A DNA stretch of 64,000 bases from Tubiluchus corallicola. Its lineage: Eukaryota; Animalia; Priapulida. The notes beneath the pieces were generated by a model. It was not told the origin of the DNA and ran no database searches. It worked only from the letters and a program-made list of their open reading frames with translations. The translations under genes and the position numbers were made by a program. Numbering within the stretch: position 1 is the stretch's first letter; each line of letters begins with the position of its first letter. The stretch covers positions 186,001 through 250,000 of the forward strand of contig JAQGDQ010002375.1 of NCBI GenBank assembly GCA_030141605.1, in the 5' to 3' direction. Positions 1-12,123 of the stretch are shown in pieces.

Positions 1-2963
1 CCTGTCTTCATTAGTTGAAAGGTGCAGAGCGATCTCATACATCAAGCACATAATTCAAAAGTTGCTAGTCCAAATCTAGTTTCAATAAGACTATAGCTGG
101 ATTCAAAAATTTAAAGAACTATTGAACTGTCCCGTTATTAATTTTCAAAAATCTTGCAATTGAGATTACGACCAACTAAGCCTAGGAAGTGCCTAACATT
201 TATTTATGACTTCTAACCTTATTTTGATTTGGTACTTTATATACATAGATGCTGTTAGCTGGACTAAATGTTGTGTCCTTCAAAGAGTTTAATTATCATT
301 ACTAATTGCATTGTATAAGTTTACTAATTGCATTTTATAACTAATTAGAAGCCATACGTGGCAGATACAATAAAACATGCATATACACAAAAAATGAATG
401 ATGTTGCAAGTGACTGCAGAATTGTAAGTTCCACTAAAAATATCAGCACTTGATCAACCGATTATGTATGTTTTTGTAGTGTTCGTGGACGTTGTCATTA
501 CAGCACAAACAACGAATAGCTTTGATCTATAAAGGTTCATCACCCAGGTTATTTTGGGAGCTACTGTCCGAATATACAAGAAAGCATGAAATTATTTCGG
601 AATAGTAGCGTTGTGCAAACAGATATAAATGGTGACTTGATGCACACGTTCGATAACCATTTGTAAAAGGCAGTGTTGACACAAGCAGAACTCTGTGTTT
701 ACCACAGATCTGTGCAGTGCTACATAATGGTGCAGAAATGGAAGGGTAAATCAATCGTTTCATTGAAGAAGCTACAAAAGGAAACTATGTAATGTACCAC
801 ATACAAATAAATCATTTCTGTGCCAGACTCAATAATACTGAGCACTGTTATGGTTAACTGCAACATAAGAACAAAATTTAGCTAAAAGGGAACTGGAACT
901 GCAGATATTTCAAAATGCCCTGGAGAATAACCACTTGACTCAGCTCATCAACTAGCCAACTAGAGAGAACAACATTAGCGACCTAATCATAACGAGTAAT
1001 CCAGACTTAATCAATCGAGCAGAGGCAAGCAATCCTTTCTCGGCACAGATGTCTACTTAAACTTGATACAAACTAGAATCTACTAGTTGACAATGTTCCT
1101 GACAACATCAGAAACTGAAGATTTTTACAATTAATAGCTAAAGAATTAGGCCTTGAAAAGATGCCAACTTTTTATTGAAAGTTATAATGAAATCGCAACT
1201 TGTGACTTTTCGATCCGTGAATAAAAGAACAACCGATCTCCTACCATCATACCATTCAATTCATCTCATTGAGACCCAAAGTTTATTTGACATGCTACAA
1301 GCTTCAGTCGACACTGGAATGCATTTGTCTCTCTGATCGCTATTTTGCCCCTTGTGGGATTAGAGATATCAATTTTGCTTAACTTATACCAATTAATTTG
1401 TTTCACTGAGACCCTTCATTTGACATACTACAAGTTACTATTCTTAAAGACTGGAAAAACATCTGTGCCAACCTGCCCATTTTCAACTTTGGCTGCTAGT
1501 GAAAATTTTTTCACTATCCAAATGGCCCATATTTGCCGTACAAAAAAACTTAGCTTAGGCCCATTTAGTCACGTACCAAAAACAGTAGGAGAGAGGGCCT
1601 GACAAAAAACTTACATATATCTACTGTCCTTGACCCTTACACCCTAGGTCACCAAGCAGTGTTCAGTTGTCTGAGCCCATGCCCCAGATATCTACCTACA
1701 AATTTCATTTAGTTTCCTAATTATTAACAAGCCCTGTTTTAACACTTATGCCCATGTCATGTGACCTGGCCACATCCACTTTCTTAGTGCATATCTACCT
1801 CTTCTTAGATATCCATACATGCAAAAACAGTCTCCTAATATAAAAACAGCTTAGTGACAAAGTCATTTGCAGTACTTTGCTGTGACCTTTGACCCAGAGG
1901 TCGCCTTTCCTATACTATTCTCTGAGCACCTAACTCAAGCGTCTACCCTGCAAATTTTGTTATATGTCTTATGCTTATGGAGTTACAGACATAGATAGCC
2001 CTGTTTTCTGATTTTGGGTTATATCTCCGGCCGTTAAGGAATCCCTAATTTTTAAAGTCACCGCTGGACACCTACCCCACAATACCTAAATACATGTGAA
2101 GGAGATGCGAAGTAATGGAAAAACAGAACGACACAGCCCCTACCCCTTGACCAGAGATTAGAGGTCATCAAACTGCTGTCCCTAGCCTGCCCAGGGCTAT
2201 GCACCATTTCTGTTTCGTCACCTAATCTTGTAAGGCTAACGAGTTATTAAGCCAGATAATTATGTTTAAGGAGAATAAACAAATAAAGTTCTGCATTATG
2301 TGAGAATCAAGAAATTTTGCTATAAATATGAACCAAGGAAAGTTTGCTCACACTCTGCATAATAGTGGTGATTATGAAGGTTTCAATGACAAAGTAAATT
2401 AAACTGATTGAAAATCAGTCTTAAAGGCCAATGGCATCTCATCAAACAAGAATACTAGTATTTAAAAAAAATATAAGCACCAAATATTCAGCATTGATAA
2501 ATGTATCAAGTTCAGTGAAAAACAGAAACCATAATTGATTATGTAACAGTACAGTGAAAAAAATTAAGAAAAAAAAAACAAACTATGTAGTCACTAAAAA
2601 TTCAATCAAATTTTAAAGCAAAAACTGAGTTCCATTGCTGAAACATAAGATGGAAAATCGTCCAAGTAAGCAAATTTAATATGGATCCTGTCACTTTTCT
2701 ACTGAAGGGTAGCTTCCTTGAAACTGCTTGCAGTCATGAAGCTACTCCCACACTTAAGCAACTATTATTGTCAGCATTGTATATTATACTCTTCTGATTT
2801 GCATGTGTCAAATAAATTGTTCTTTCATCTTACATCATTCCACTAGAATTATTTCTTTTCCATTAAATCTTTTTTACCCTTTTTCTTTTTCCACTCATTA
2901 CCGCATATTACCGTAGATTCTTACTTCAAAAGTTGTAAAAGCCCTATCATATAAAAAATGCTT

Positions 2964-3455
2964 TCAACGCACTCCCCTCAGTGCTCGTTTAAACCACTCA
3001 ACACTGGGGGCATTAACAATATCACTGCCTAGATTGTTCCACTTTCGCACAGCACGTTTGGATAAAAAGTGCTTCCTTATATTTGTGCGAGGGTATCTGA
3101 CATGTAGTTTCCGTTCACGACCAAGTAACTCTCTATGAGGACGTTCAAAAAAATCATTCGGATTCAAAACTGTGACAAGATCAATTGTGTCGTCTCTCCT
3201 CTAAGGTAGATATTTTGTTAATATCCAGATCGCTAGCAAGACGTAGACATCTTCGTTGAACCTTTTCCAACTTTTCTTTAAAAGATACGTATTGCAGAGC
3301 CCAAACAATGACTGCATACACCCAGAATACTCCAGATCTATTGGGTTTGAATAAGCGTAATTATGCTTCTTATGCCCAATACAATATAAATATCTAATGT
3401 TACACGATATGACCCATATAAGTGTACGACATAATAGAACTGTTGTTTCTTTCAT
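2964..3455 (-). mobile_element. Decayed CR1/L2-type LINE, 3' part of ORF2
   Basis: Translation RKHFLSKRAVRKWNNLGSDIVNAPSVEWFK matches the typical CR1 ORF2 C-terminus (FFSxRVxxxWNxLPxxVV.A.S...FK). The upstream part is frameshifted. Confidence 0.75.
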
Positions 3456-4075
3456 TTGCAGTGACTGTAACTGATAGATTATGCCTGATAATAGTAGTTA
3501 ATAGCAGCAACGGCAAGGAAAAGGACAACAACAACAACGCCAGCAACAATAATAAATTAATCATAAAAGTCGAAAAAAAATATTTTTAAAACTTCAAAAA
3601 AGTTCACAACTCCATCTCTGCATTAAATTTCACAGCATGCAAATCTGCGTGTAAAATACTTAAGACGCGCCATTTAACTGCAACAAATAAAAATTTGTTA
3701 ATGCTGTAACGACGATACCTGCTGCAATTCATAATATTGTTAATCATGATAATAAACTCGTATTCGTAGATTAAACACTAGACATTCATTTTTTCCAGCT
3801 TATAAGTGTTATTAAGACCAATAACGTATATTATAACTTACTTTACACAATTAGATCGTTCGTACATCTTTTCCTCATTGCAAGACAGAAAGACATATCC
3901 GTAATGTCATTTTAAAACAATAACATAAAACCACTAACAAAATAATTTAACGGTAGCCATTTATCAAATAATTTTGTATTTGTAAATCGCAAGGATGGCG
4001 CATCGTTCTTACGTATTTATTTTTATTCACATGATTTTCTTCCAAACCTGCTCTTGCTGGATGGCGATTGATGAG

Positions 4076-4411
4076 TAGGGGTAAGCATTCTCAACCAGAA
4101 AGCGAATTCGAATCGAACCGAACTTCAGTGTTTCGAATTCGAACCAAATTCGAATTGAGATTGAAAGATTTTCGAACAAGTTTTCGAACCACCAGCAAAA
4201 ATTAGTCTTACAAAGACTTACAAAGACCATGCATATCACTAGGTTTTGTTCTACAATAATGTTTCAATCGTTTTAGTGATGAAAAACACGTGTGATTTAA
4301 GTGCTGAATTATTCGAATCTATAGATTTGGATTCGAATCGAGTTCGAACTAAAAAAACTCGTTCGAATTCGATTCGAACGTTCGAACTCGAACGTTCGAT
4401 GCTCACCCATA
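4076..4411. mobile_element. hAT-like MITE (TTCGAA-rich family), copy 1
   Basis: Terminal inverted repeats TAGGGGTAAGCAT...ATGCTCACCCATA. Perfect 8-bp TSD TTGATGAG at 4068-4075 and 4412-4419. Confidence 0.85.
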
Positions 4412-4429
4412 TTGATGAGTGATGATCAT

Positions 4430-5031
4430 TAAGGGTGAGTATCCAACGTGCCAGTTCGAACGAATTTTTTTAGTTCAAATCCGATTCGGACCTAAAATTA
4501 TAGATTCGAGTAATTCAGCATTTCAATCACGTACGTTCTTTATACCTTCAATAATAATAATAATAATAATTTATGTTTCGCCTTCAGAATAACAATCATA
4601 GATAGTAATTAACAATGAGTTACAAAGCTTAGAGAAGGACGGGATGGCAAAAGACAAAAAAGTCATCTAGTCTGCCATCCCAATATAGTGAGTCTACTAA
4701 TTTCAGCATTTCCGGAATTCCATCCCTCTAACAAAAGGGAAAATAAATGAATCTGAATCTTTATCATTAAAACGATTGAAACATCATGCAATCAGCTGTG
4801 ATTTCTGTGTACAATTTTAAACAAATTATTAATGGTTTTACTGCAGAACAAAATCGAGTAATATGCATGATCTCTGTAAAACAAATTTTTACTGGTGGTT
4901 CGAAAACTTGTTCAAAAATTTTTCAATGTCAATTCGAATTTGAAATACTGAAGTTCAGTTCGATTTGAATTCAACAGTTACATATTCAGTTTGGTTCGAA
5001 TTCACTCTCTGGTAGAGAATGCTCACCCCTA
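4430..5031. mobile_element. hAT-like MITE, copy 2, inverted relative to copy 1 and carrying an internal insertion
   Basis: TIRs TAAGGGTGAGTAT...ATGCTCACCCCTA. Perfect 8-bp TSD ATGATCAT at 4422-4429 and 5032-5039. The body aligns to the reverse complement of 4076-4411. Confidence 0.85.
4544..4757 (-). mobile_element. 5'-truncated CR1/L2-like 3' end inserted into the MITE
   Basis: Flanked by TCTTTAT direct repeats (4537-4543, 4758-4764). The minus strand carries the stem-loop GGGATGGCAGACTAGATGAC...TTTTGCCATCCC followed by an (ATT)n tail. A related stem-loop lies at about 7765-7825. Confidence 0.6.
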
Positions 5032-6244
5032 ATGATCATTTAGTTATTCTTAATTTTATTTGTAAACTTCCATACACCATTTCGTCGGCTACTGACGTAT
5101 ATAGATATACTGCAAAAAGACTTAGCAAAAGCAAATCTAGATTTGAGGGATGTTGCATTGTGGGCAGGGGCAGTGCACAGGAATGCATGAAATCAATAGG
5201 TGGGACATGCTATGTTTTTTAGAATGTTGTATAACCAAAACAACAAAACACCATTTAAATAACATCAGTAATGATAATTTGTACTAAATAAAAATAATAA
5301 TAATAATAATTAATGATATAAGTCAATACATTTCGATTTCGATTCAATTTTGATACAAGAAAGGTTCAGCGATACAATACCGTTCAATACACTTTTTAAA
5401 ACGATACAAAACAATTTTTAACTGTGTTCATTTACATACCAATATAACATTATGATTATTGTAATTGTCATAATTATAACAATAAACAAAGTATTTCAGA
5501 AACTGACAAAACACTAATAATAATAGGAGTAGTACCGAAATAATATTTACTGAATTGAATAAAACTTTTTGAAAAAAATCTTGCTCTAAGTTCCCCAAAA
5601 ATTAATAAACTAATGTTATTACAATCAGAATCACACCAAAAAATTTCAAAGAATTTCACCATAATAATAATTTCGTAAAAATATGAGTAGCAAACTTACT
5701 TTTGTATAGACACTGTCATGTTCAATCTTCAAAACTTCGGGTGCAGTTTTGTTTTTCAAACGTGTTGGCAAATATTTATTGTGAATACAGGGCTACGAAT
5801 ACAACTGTGACACACAATTTTATCAGCACAATAGTGATTTTTTGGGTGGAAAATTGGTATGATAACAACAGGGGAAAATGACTTATTGATGCCAAACGAT
5901 ACGAAATGGTATCAATAATTATCAATTCGATGCTGTATCATTTAACATCATTAACAATAATTTCATCAAAATGTTTTGTAATTTAGTAATGTAATCCACG
6001 ATAAGACTCAAATTTGAAAACCTTGCACTTCTACAGTACAGAAACTTTTTATTTGTTATGCAAAAATAACAAACGAGCATAATTATCAAGTAAACAAAAA
6101 ACACAAAAATTACATTCACAATATGGGTCCTAACATAAAAATAACATAAAAACAAAAAACATGGTTCAAAAAGAACAGAATAATATCATTTTATAGGTTT
6201 AGTTGTCAAAAACGTAAAAAAAATAGGTGACAGCAAATGTGTAT

Positions 6245-6524
6245 TAGGGGTGAGTAATGAATATTTGAATGTTATTTGAACAAGTTTTTTTAGTCGGAAT
6301 TCGATTAAAATTTAAAATTATAAGTTCAAATAATTCAGTACATCAAATACATACATTATTTATCATTAAAACATTTGAAACATTATGCAATCAGTAGGGT
6401 TTAGCTGTCATTAGTGTGCAAAATATCTAACAACTTATTAGTGTTTTTACTTTGATACGAGTTTCGAAAGCAACAAATTCGATTTAATTAAAATTCGCTT
6501 TCTGGCAGAGAATGCTCACACCCA
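6245..6524. mobile_element. Degenerate third copy of the TTCGAA-rich hAT-like MITE
   Basis: Ends TAGGGGTGAGTAAT...GAATGCTCACACCCA; internal similarity to 4430-5031; TSD only partial. Confidence 0.6.
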
Positions 6525-7141
6525 GTGTGTGCAATAATTAAGCTTGCTCTAAAAAGTAATAATGCTCAATCAAATCAATGAAATGTGTATCATGCGTGTT
6601 ATCAGGATGCTTTTTACTTAACGCAAGTCCATCAGCTAGCTTGTAGATAAATACATAATTATTACAGCAGCCTGGTTTTTTCACGACGGGAGATTTTCTA
6701 ATGGAAGTTACAGTATCTGCTTGTGCTATCTAGACCTTAGCAACGAGGACTACTGTTAATATAATTAAAACTGAACTTAACATATGTTTAATCCTTCATT
6801 GGTGGTCATAATTGAGCATTGTATTGCTAGGCTGCTATTTATCTTAATTTAGACTTGCTAATGTAGAAGGATAATTTTATATTCGTACAGAAACATGTGT
6901 TAAAATTATAAGCTGCAGACACATTAGACTTGTAACAGATGCTGTATCATCCCACAATTCTGAACATTATACTACATTGCTATTACTTTACAATTTCCGT
7001 TTAAAGTTAAATCGTCATCGTGCTTCATCTCTACCATTATGTCCATCACTAATTGCTTGATTTTTTCTACCTTCAAATAAAAGCCTGTTACACACTTCAT
7101 CGGTTTCTCTTTGCCAGCTCTGTTTAATTTCTCACAGGTTT

Positions 7142-7400
<259 letters not shown>

Positions 7401-8624
7401 GGTCCTTTACAGATTATAAAGTTCGCGTATGTATAGGAACTTACCTTAGGAAAAACTACTCAGTTACTGTCAAAGATCTACCATACTGTGAGGCAAATGC
7501 AAAGGCTAACCATATTACCAAAAGGCAATTGTTTTTGTCAAAGTGTTATAAATATAAATATAAAGCTAATATTTATATAGCTAAACAATATAAATGTTGA
7601 GAAGTATTTGATGTATAAGTGCCATATTTGCTCAGAAGACTATAAAAACGTCAACAAAACGGTCAAATAATAACATAACGTAATCCTTATTTTTCTTGCC
7701 ATACATTACAAAACATTAACGGTATGTGCTAACACTTAGTAACAGTTATTTTTGAACAATGTCGTGAAGAAGGGACAGCCAGCGAAAGACCAATGGTCAT
7801 CTAGTCAGCTACCCCAATATTAGTACTGATAATATTTATAAGTGGGGCGCACACCCTACTACCTTCCTATATCACTTTTTTTTATCAGTCCCGCTGCCGA
7901 CACTCTACGTCCTTCCCACTCCAAATCTCCCCTCCCTCTCTCGCCTCACCGCCAAGAGTGCCAAAAATGCCAAGAACGCCAAGCTGTCCACCCAACCTGC
8001 CATACCGCAAACTCGCCAAAACTAATTGATTGACTGACTAGCTTAGATAGCTAACTAACAAACTAATTAACAATCTTCATATGATACAGTCACCTTTTTG
8101 TATGGTACGAAGCCTCAAATTATCATACGTTCCAATATTAATTATTTTATTGTATAAACCACAACCCTGCTTTGCTGGTTGTGCCGCATTTCAAAAGAGA
8201 AACAAAAGTTACAAAACGGCTTACTGGCACACACACACACACACGCAAAATGGCGCACGTTGAGAAAATTCGCTTGTAGTTCTTTTTAACTTTTTCAGTT
8301 AGCGTTGTTATTTTGTGAAGGCTGTCGCACACAGTAGTAGATAAAAAATATCGCTCTCTCTGCTAACTCCCAAAAAAATATTTCATGAAAGCACTCAATC
8401 TTAGTCCGTTCTTGCGACGCTAACAGTAAGTTTTTTTAAAAAAAAATGTTTCATAAATAGGAAGTATGTTTCAACTTTTCTTTACATCAGTGTGCAGATA
8501 AAGGATGCATCTTTCTATTGTAGTCCTGCTTTCAGTGATATTTCTGATTTTTGCGATGTGAGAGTGCCTTAAAAAAAACCACCTAAACTGTAATCTACCC
8601 ATTAGGGCGTACTCTGTTATTAAT

Positions 8625-11338
8625 TAGGCAGTGACTAAAGGTATGGATCCGTATCCGGACTGCAGCAACTAAAAATACGGATCTGTGTCTCGAAAGCATT
8701 CACTAGAAAGTACGGATCGATCCATACCACAAAAGATATTAACGAGAAAATACGGATCGCCGTACCATGATATTGACGATAAACTACTACGAATCGCCAT
8801 CAGAGACGGGCGAATGTCACTTTCTTGATCTGCAACCGCAAAATCTGCAGATTGAGTGAAATTGAATATCCTCGTATCCGCAAAAATGTGGGCAGCAAAT
8901 TAACTAGCCTTGGTATGTGTGCCCTATTGTTAAAAACCATTTTTTAATGTGAAGCTAGGAGATATAATCGCGAATCAATAACAAATTGCTAGCCAGACCC
9001 CAATTTTGCTTGTAAACCTTCAACAACAACTCACACAGCACGATGTACATAGTACATCGTTCAACCATATCATGCCCTTCACACTGCATATATATTAATT
9101 CTTTATTTGTCATTAAAATGTTCACTCCTTATAATAAAATTGAGTTTTCAAGACCAATGCGACCAGTGCAGACTAAGAAAAATTAAAGTGCAAAACTAAG
9201 GTGTAATTATTTACAATAAATGGACATATTTACAAACACGTTATTAAAATATTTTTACAAAATAATATTACAAATGTACATTAAATTTTACATGACATTT
9301 ACGCTGTGTATACATTTGGCATGACAAATTAACAAAACACGCTTTATATTACATAAATTTTATACTCATTACATTTACACTATTTATACATTTGACATTA
9401 CATAATTAACATGACACGCATTACATTTCATAAATTTTATATTCTTAGTCATTTTATGTATATCAGGGGTGGGGTAGATGAAAGTTGAGTCTGTGTAATT
9501 AGTATCAGAAATAGGCTTGAGTAAAAAACATAATATTTGTAATCATGAGCAATGTTTTGCGTCTGGGAATTTCCTGGCAAAAAAATAATAGGCTGATTTT
9601 ATAAGATTTTTATTTACTTTTTAAGAAATTTTGTTTAATAAATGCTTTGTATACACTCTCAGTTTGATATTACACCTAAGAAAGTTAATGCTGAAACACT
9701 ACAGCACTGCAAACAATAACTGTCATTAAATGAATAACGAATGACTAAATGAGTTAAATGCACTAAGACTTCAAAACTCGAGTCAAGGTCTTCATAAAAG
9801 ATTTTAAAAACAACAGGTACAATTTTTAGTACTGCTACATTGGGAAGCACAATTCTCAAACGATTCAGTCTGGCCCATAAAGTCAGTGTTTGCTGGATTA
9901 TTGCTACAGTTAGCACCTTGAACGATTTGACTAATAATAAATGTGAATGACTCGTGATGATATCATTTATTGGTATTTAAGTTGTTGCTACTCACATAGC
10001 ATAAAAGTGCTTTTGTAGGGAATTTCGTCAAGTATCTTGTGGGTCACGTGACCACGGTCACTCGCCTGTGCATATCTGTTTTCACCTGGGCAAGCGAGTT
10101 AGTTGGTAGATGCTAACAGGTTTCTTTACCTTGGTAGTGACAGAGTAGTTTTTCACAGTGATAGTGGTATATTTTGTCAGATATATTGGCAAATACTAGA
10201 TACTAAGTAAATACATCATTTTTGTATTGTTTGGCATCATTATGAACTGGTCATTTTAGTTTAATTAATCTCAGTCTTATTAATTTACCAAACTAGATTT
10301 ATTTACAGTGTGATTTTGTATTCAGTAAAGTTTAGAACTGCAGAATTAATAATGTAAAAATGGGTAATTCATTATAGATCATAAACAAGTTCATTGGACT
10401 GACTGAGTGCAAGTTAACTTGATGTTTTAACTCAATATAAAGTGGATTAATGTGACAATCGAGCGTAATTATACTTATTGCAGCCTTTAGTTAAATGCGA
10501 ATTTGCAAAATGGCCTTTTTATTTTTTAATAGAAATGACTTATTTAATAGACTACAAAAATTGAGTTGGAATATGGCAGTCATTGATTGTAGTACAGCTT
10601 TGATAAACAAAATATTAAAATAACTAATTAATAAGGAACCTGGCTCACATAAAGATGCTTTAAAATGTTTACAATGACAAACAAAATAATAAATCAAGCA
10701 AGTAATACTGACACGCTATAATATTTACAGCATAAATTATTTTGCAACAGGTGCATGTAACAGTTTAGCAGCTCTTATAAATTGGACCTATTGTATATCA
10801 CATAAAGACTAAAAATTTTTGGTATGTTCGAAATAAATCACAACCCAAACTAAGGAAAAATGCAGTTTAGTAGGTTATCACATTCAAAACACTCTATAGA
10901 AAAAAAATACTGGCTGGTAGGTCATCATATTACAACACTATAAGAAATTCATAGTACTCTAAGATTTAAACTAATCTTACAGCTAACTGGGCCTACTGCA
11001 CATCAAAACACACAGCACTATATCAAAGCTAACAATTTGCAAGACAATGAAAGGAGACCAACTAATATTTACAGTGCAACTATTTTATCACGAAGAAAAA
11101 TGGTACGGCTACAGGCTTTATAATTCCATATCACTATTTTCATGAAGTGGTCATGTACTTTTCAATGATGTGCAGGGCACATGGTCAAATGCCATATGTC
11201 ATAAAAATGGTCAAAATCCATATGTTTTGTAAATGTCACAGAAAGCACGGATCCGTATTTGTTGCAAAAATAGCTACGGATCCGTATTCGATATCGCAGA
11301 AAAGACGAGTACGGATCCGTACCTCTGGCCACTGCCTA
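8625..11338. mobile_element. Pair of inverted DNA-transposon ends (one 2.7-kb non-autonomous element or two fragments)
   Basis: TAGGCAGTGACTAAAGGTATGGATCCGTA at 8625 and the inverted TACGGATCCGTACCTCTGGCCACTGCCTA ending at 11338, with subterminal TACGGATC repeats at both ends. No clean TSD. Confidence 0.55.
10042..10053. promoter_or_regulatory. Perfect CLEAR-type E-box palindrome GGTCACGTGACC upstream of STOML1
   Basis: Contains GTCACGTGAC, the TFEB/MITF (also USF) consensus, about 2 kb upstream of the first coding exon. Function is inferred only. Confidence 0.35.
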
Positions 11339-12123
11339 TTAATTACATTAACTGAGTAAGCTCCTATACATAAATTATAAAACAAAAACAGTAAATTAAG
11401 ATTGGCAGGTGAGTTTCAGGAGAGTGAATACTTTAATTGATGGCACTTTAGTCATGTAATTTTAGTTGCAAGCAATACAAATATCTGCTGATTGTGTGTA
11501 CATAATTTATATCTGTTACCTAGATCATTTTGCATCAGTTTATTTTAGACTGTTAATTGTTTGTCTGATTTTGATTTGTTCCAGATGCATTGCGTTATAT
11601 CTTTACCTCGTACACCCAGTTTAGGGTATTTTTTATTGAAATATCTCGTCTATAACGGTCACAAATAATTGTATGTACCTCAAGGGTTTTGAGTGAATAA
11701 GCGAGTTATGGAATTAAGTCTCTCGGGTCACGGTAATAATCACTTAGTCAAGGAAGTCAGTTAAACTTATCTCAAAATAAATGTTAATTAGACTTAGTGT
11801 CAGCTGAACATAGTGTCACTGAATAACCAATGCCCTCATCTCTTTCTATAAGATAGCCAACTTCTCATTTTTAGGATAAAAAATAATATGGACATGCAAT
11901 TATTGTATTACAAATGCACTATAGACGGACTTTCTTGAATGCATAGTTATTAAGCTAAATTGTACTCTAACATTTACCTGTATGCTTAGTTTACATATAC
12001 TGTAGTTATAGTAATTACTTTTATGTATTTCATGTATACCACATTCTGATCTGCAACAGTTCAACAATGATTAAGTTCTGGTGTATTAATTTTTCAAGCA
12101 CAACTGAATGTAAACAGCTGGGT

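Noticed and set aside
500-1340. Coding-like stretch including ICAVLHN (Harbinger-like) and a possible LINE ORF1 remnant
   Set aside because: Too fragmented to assign without a search.
1600-2260. TGACCTTTGACC nuclear-receptor DR1-like motifs
   Set aside because: Appear to be part of a dispersed decayed repeat (similar text near 63100); no evidence of regulatory function.
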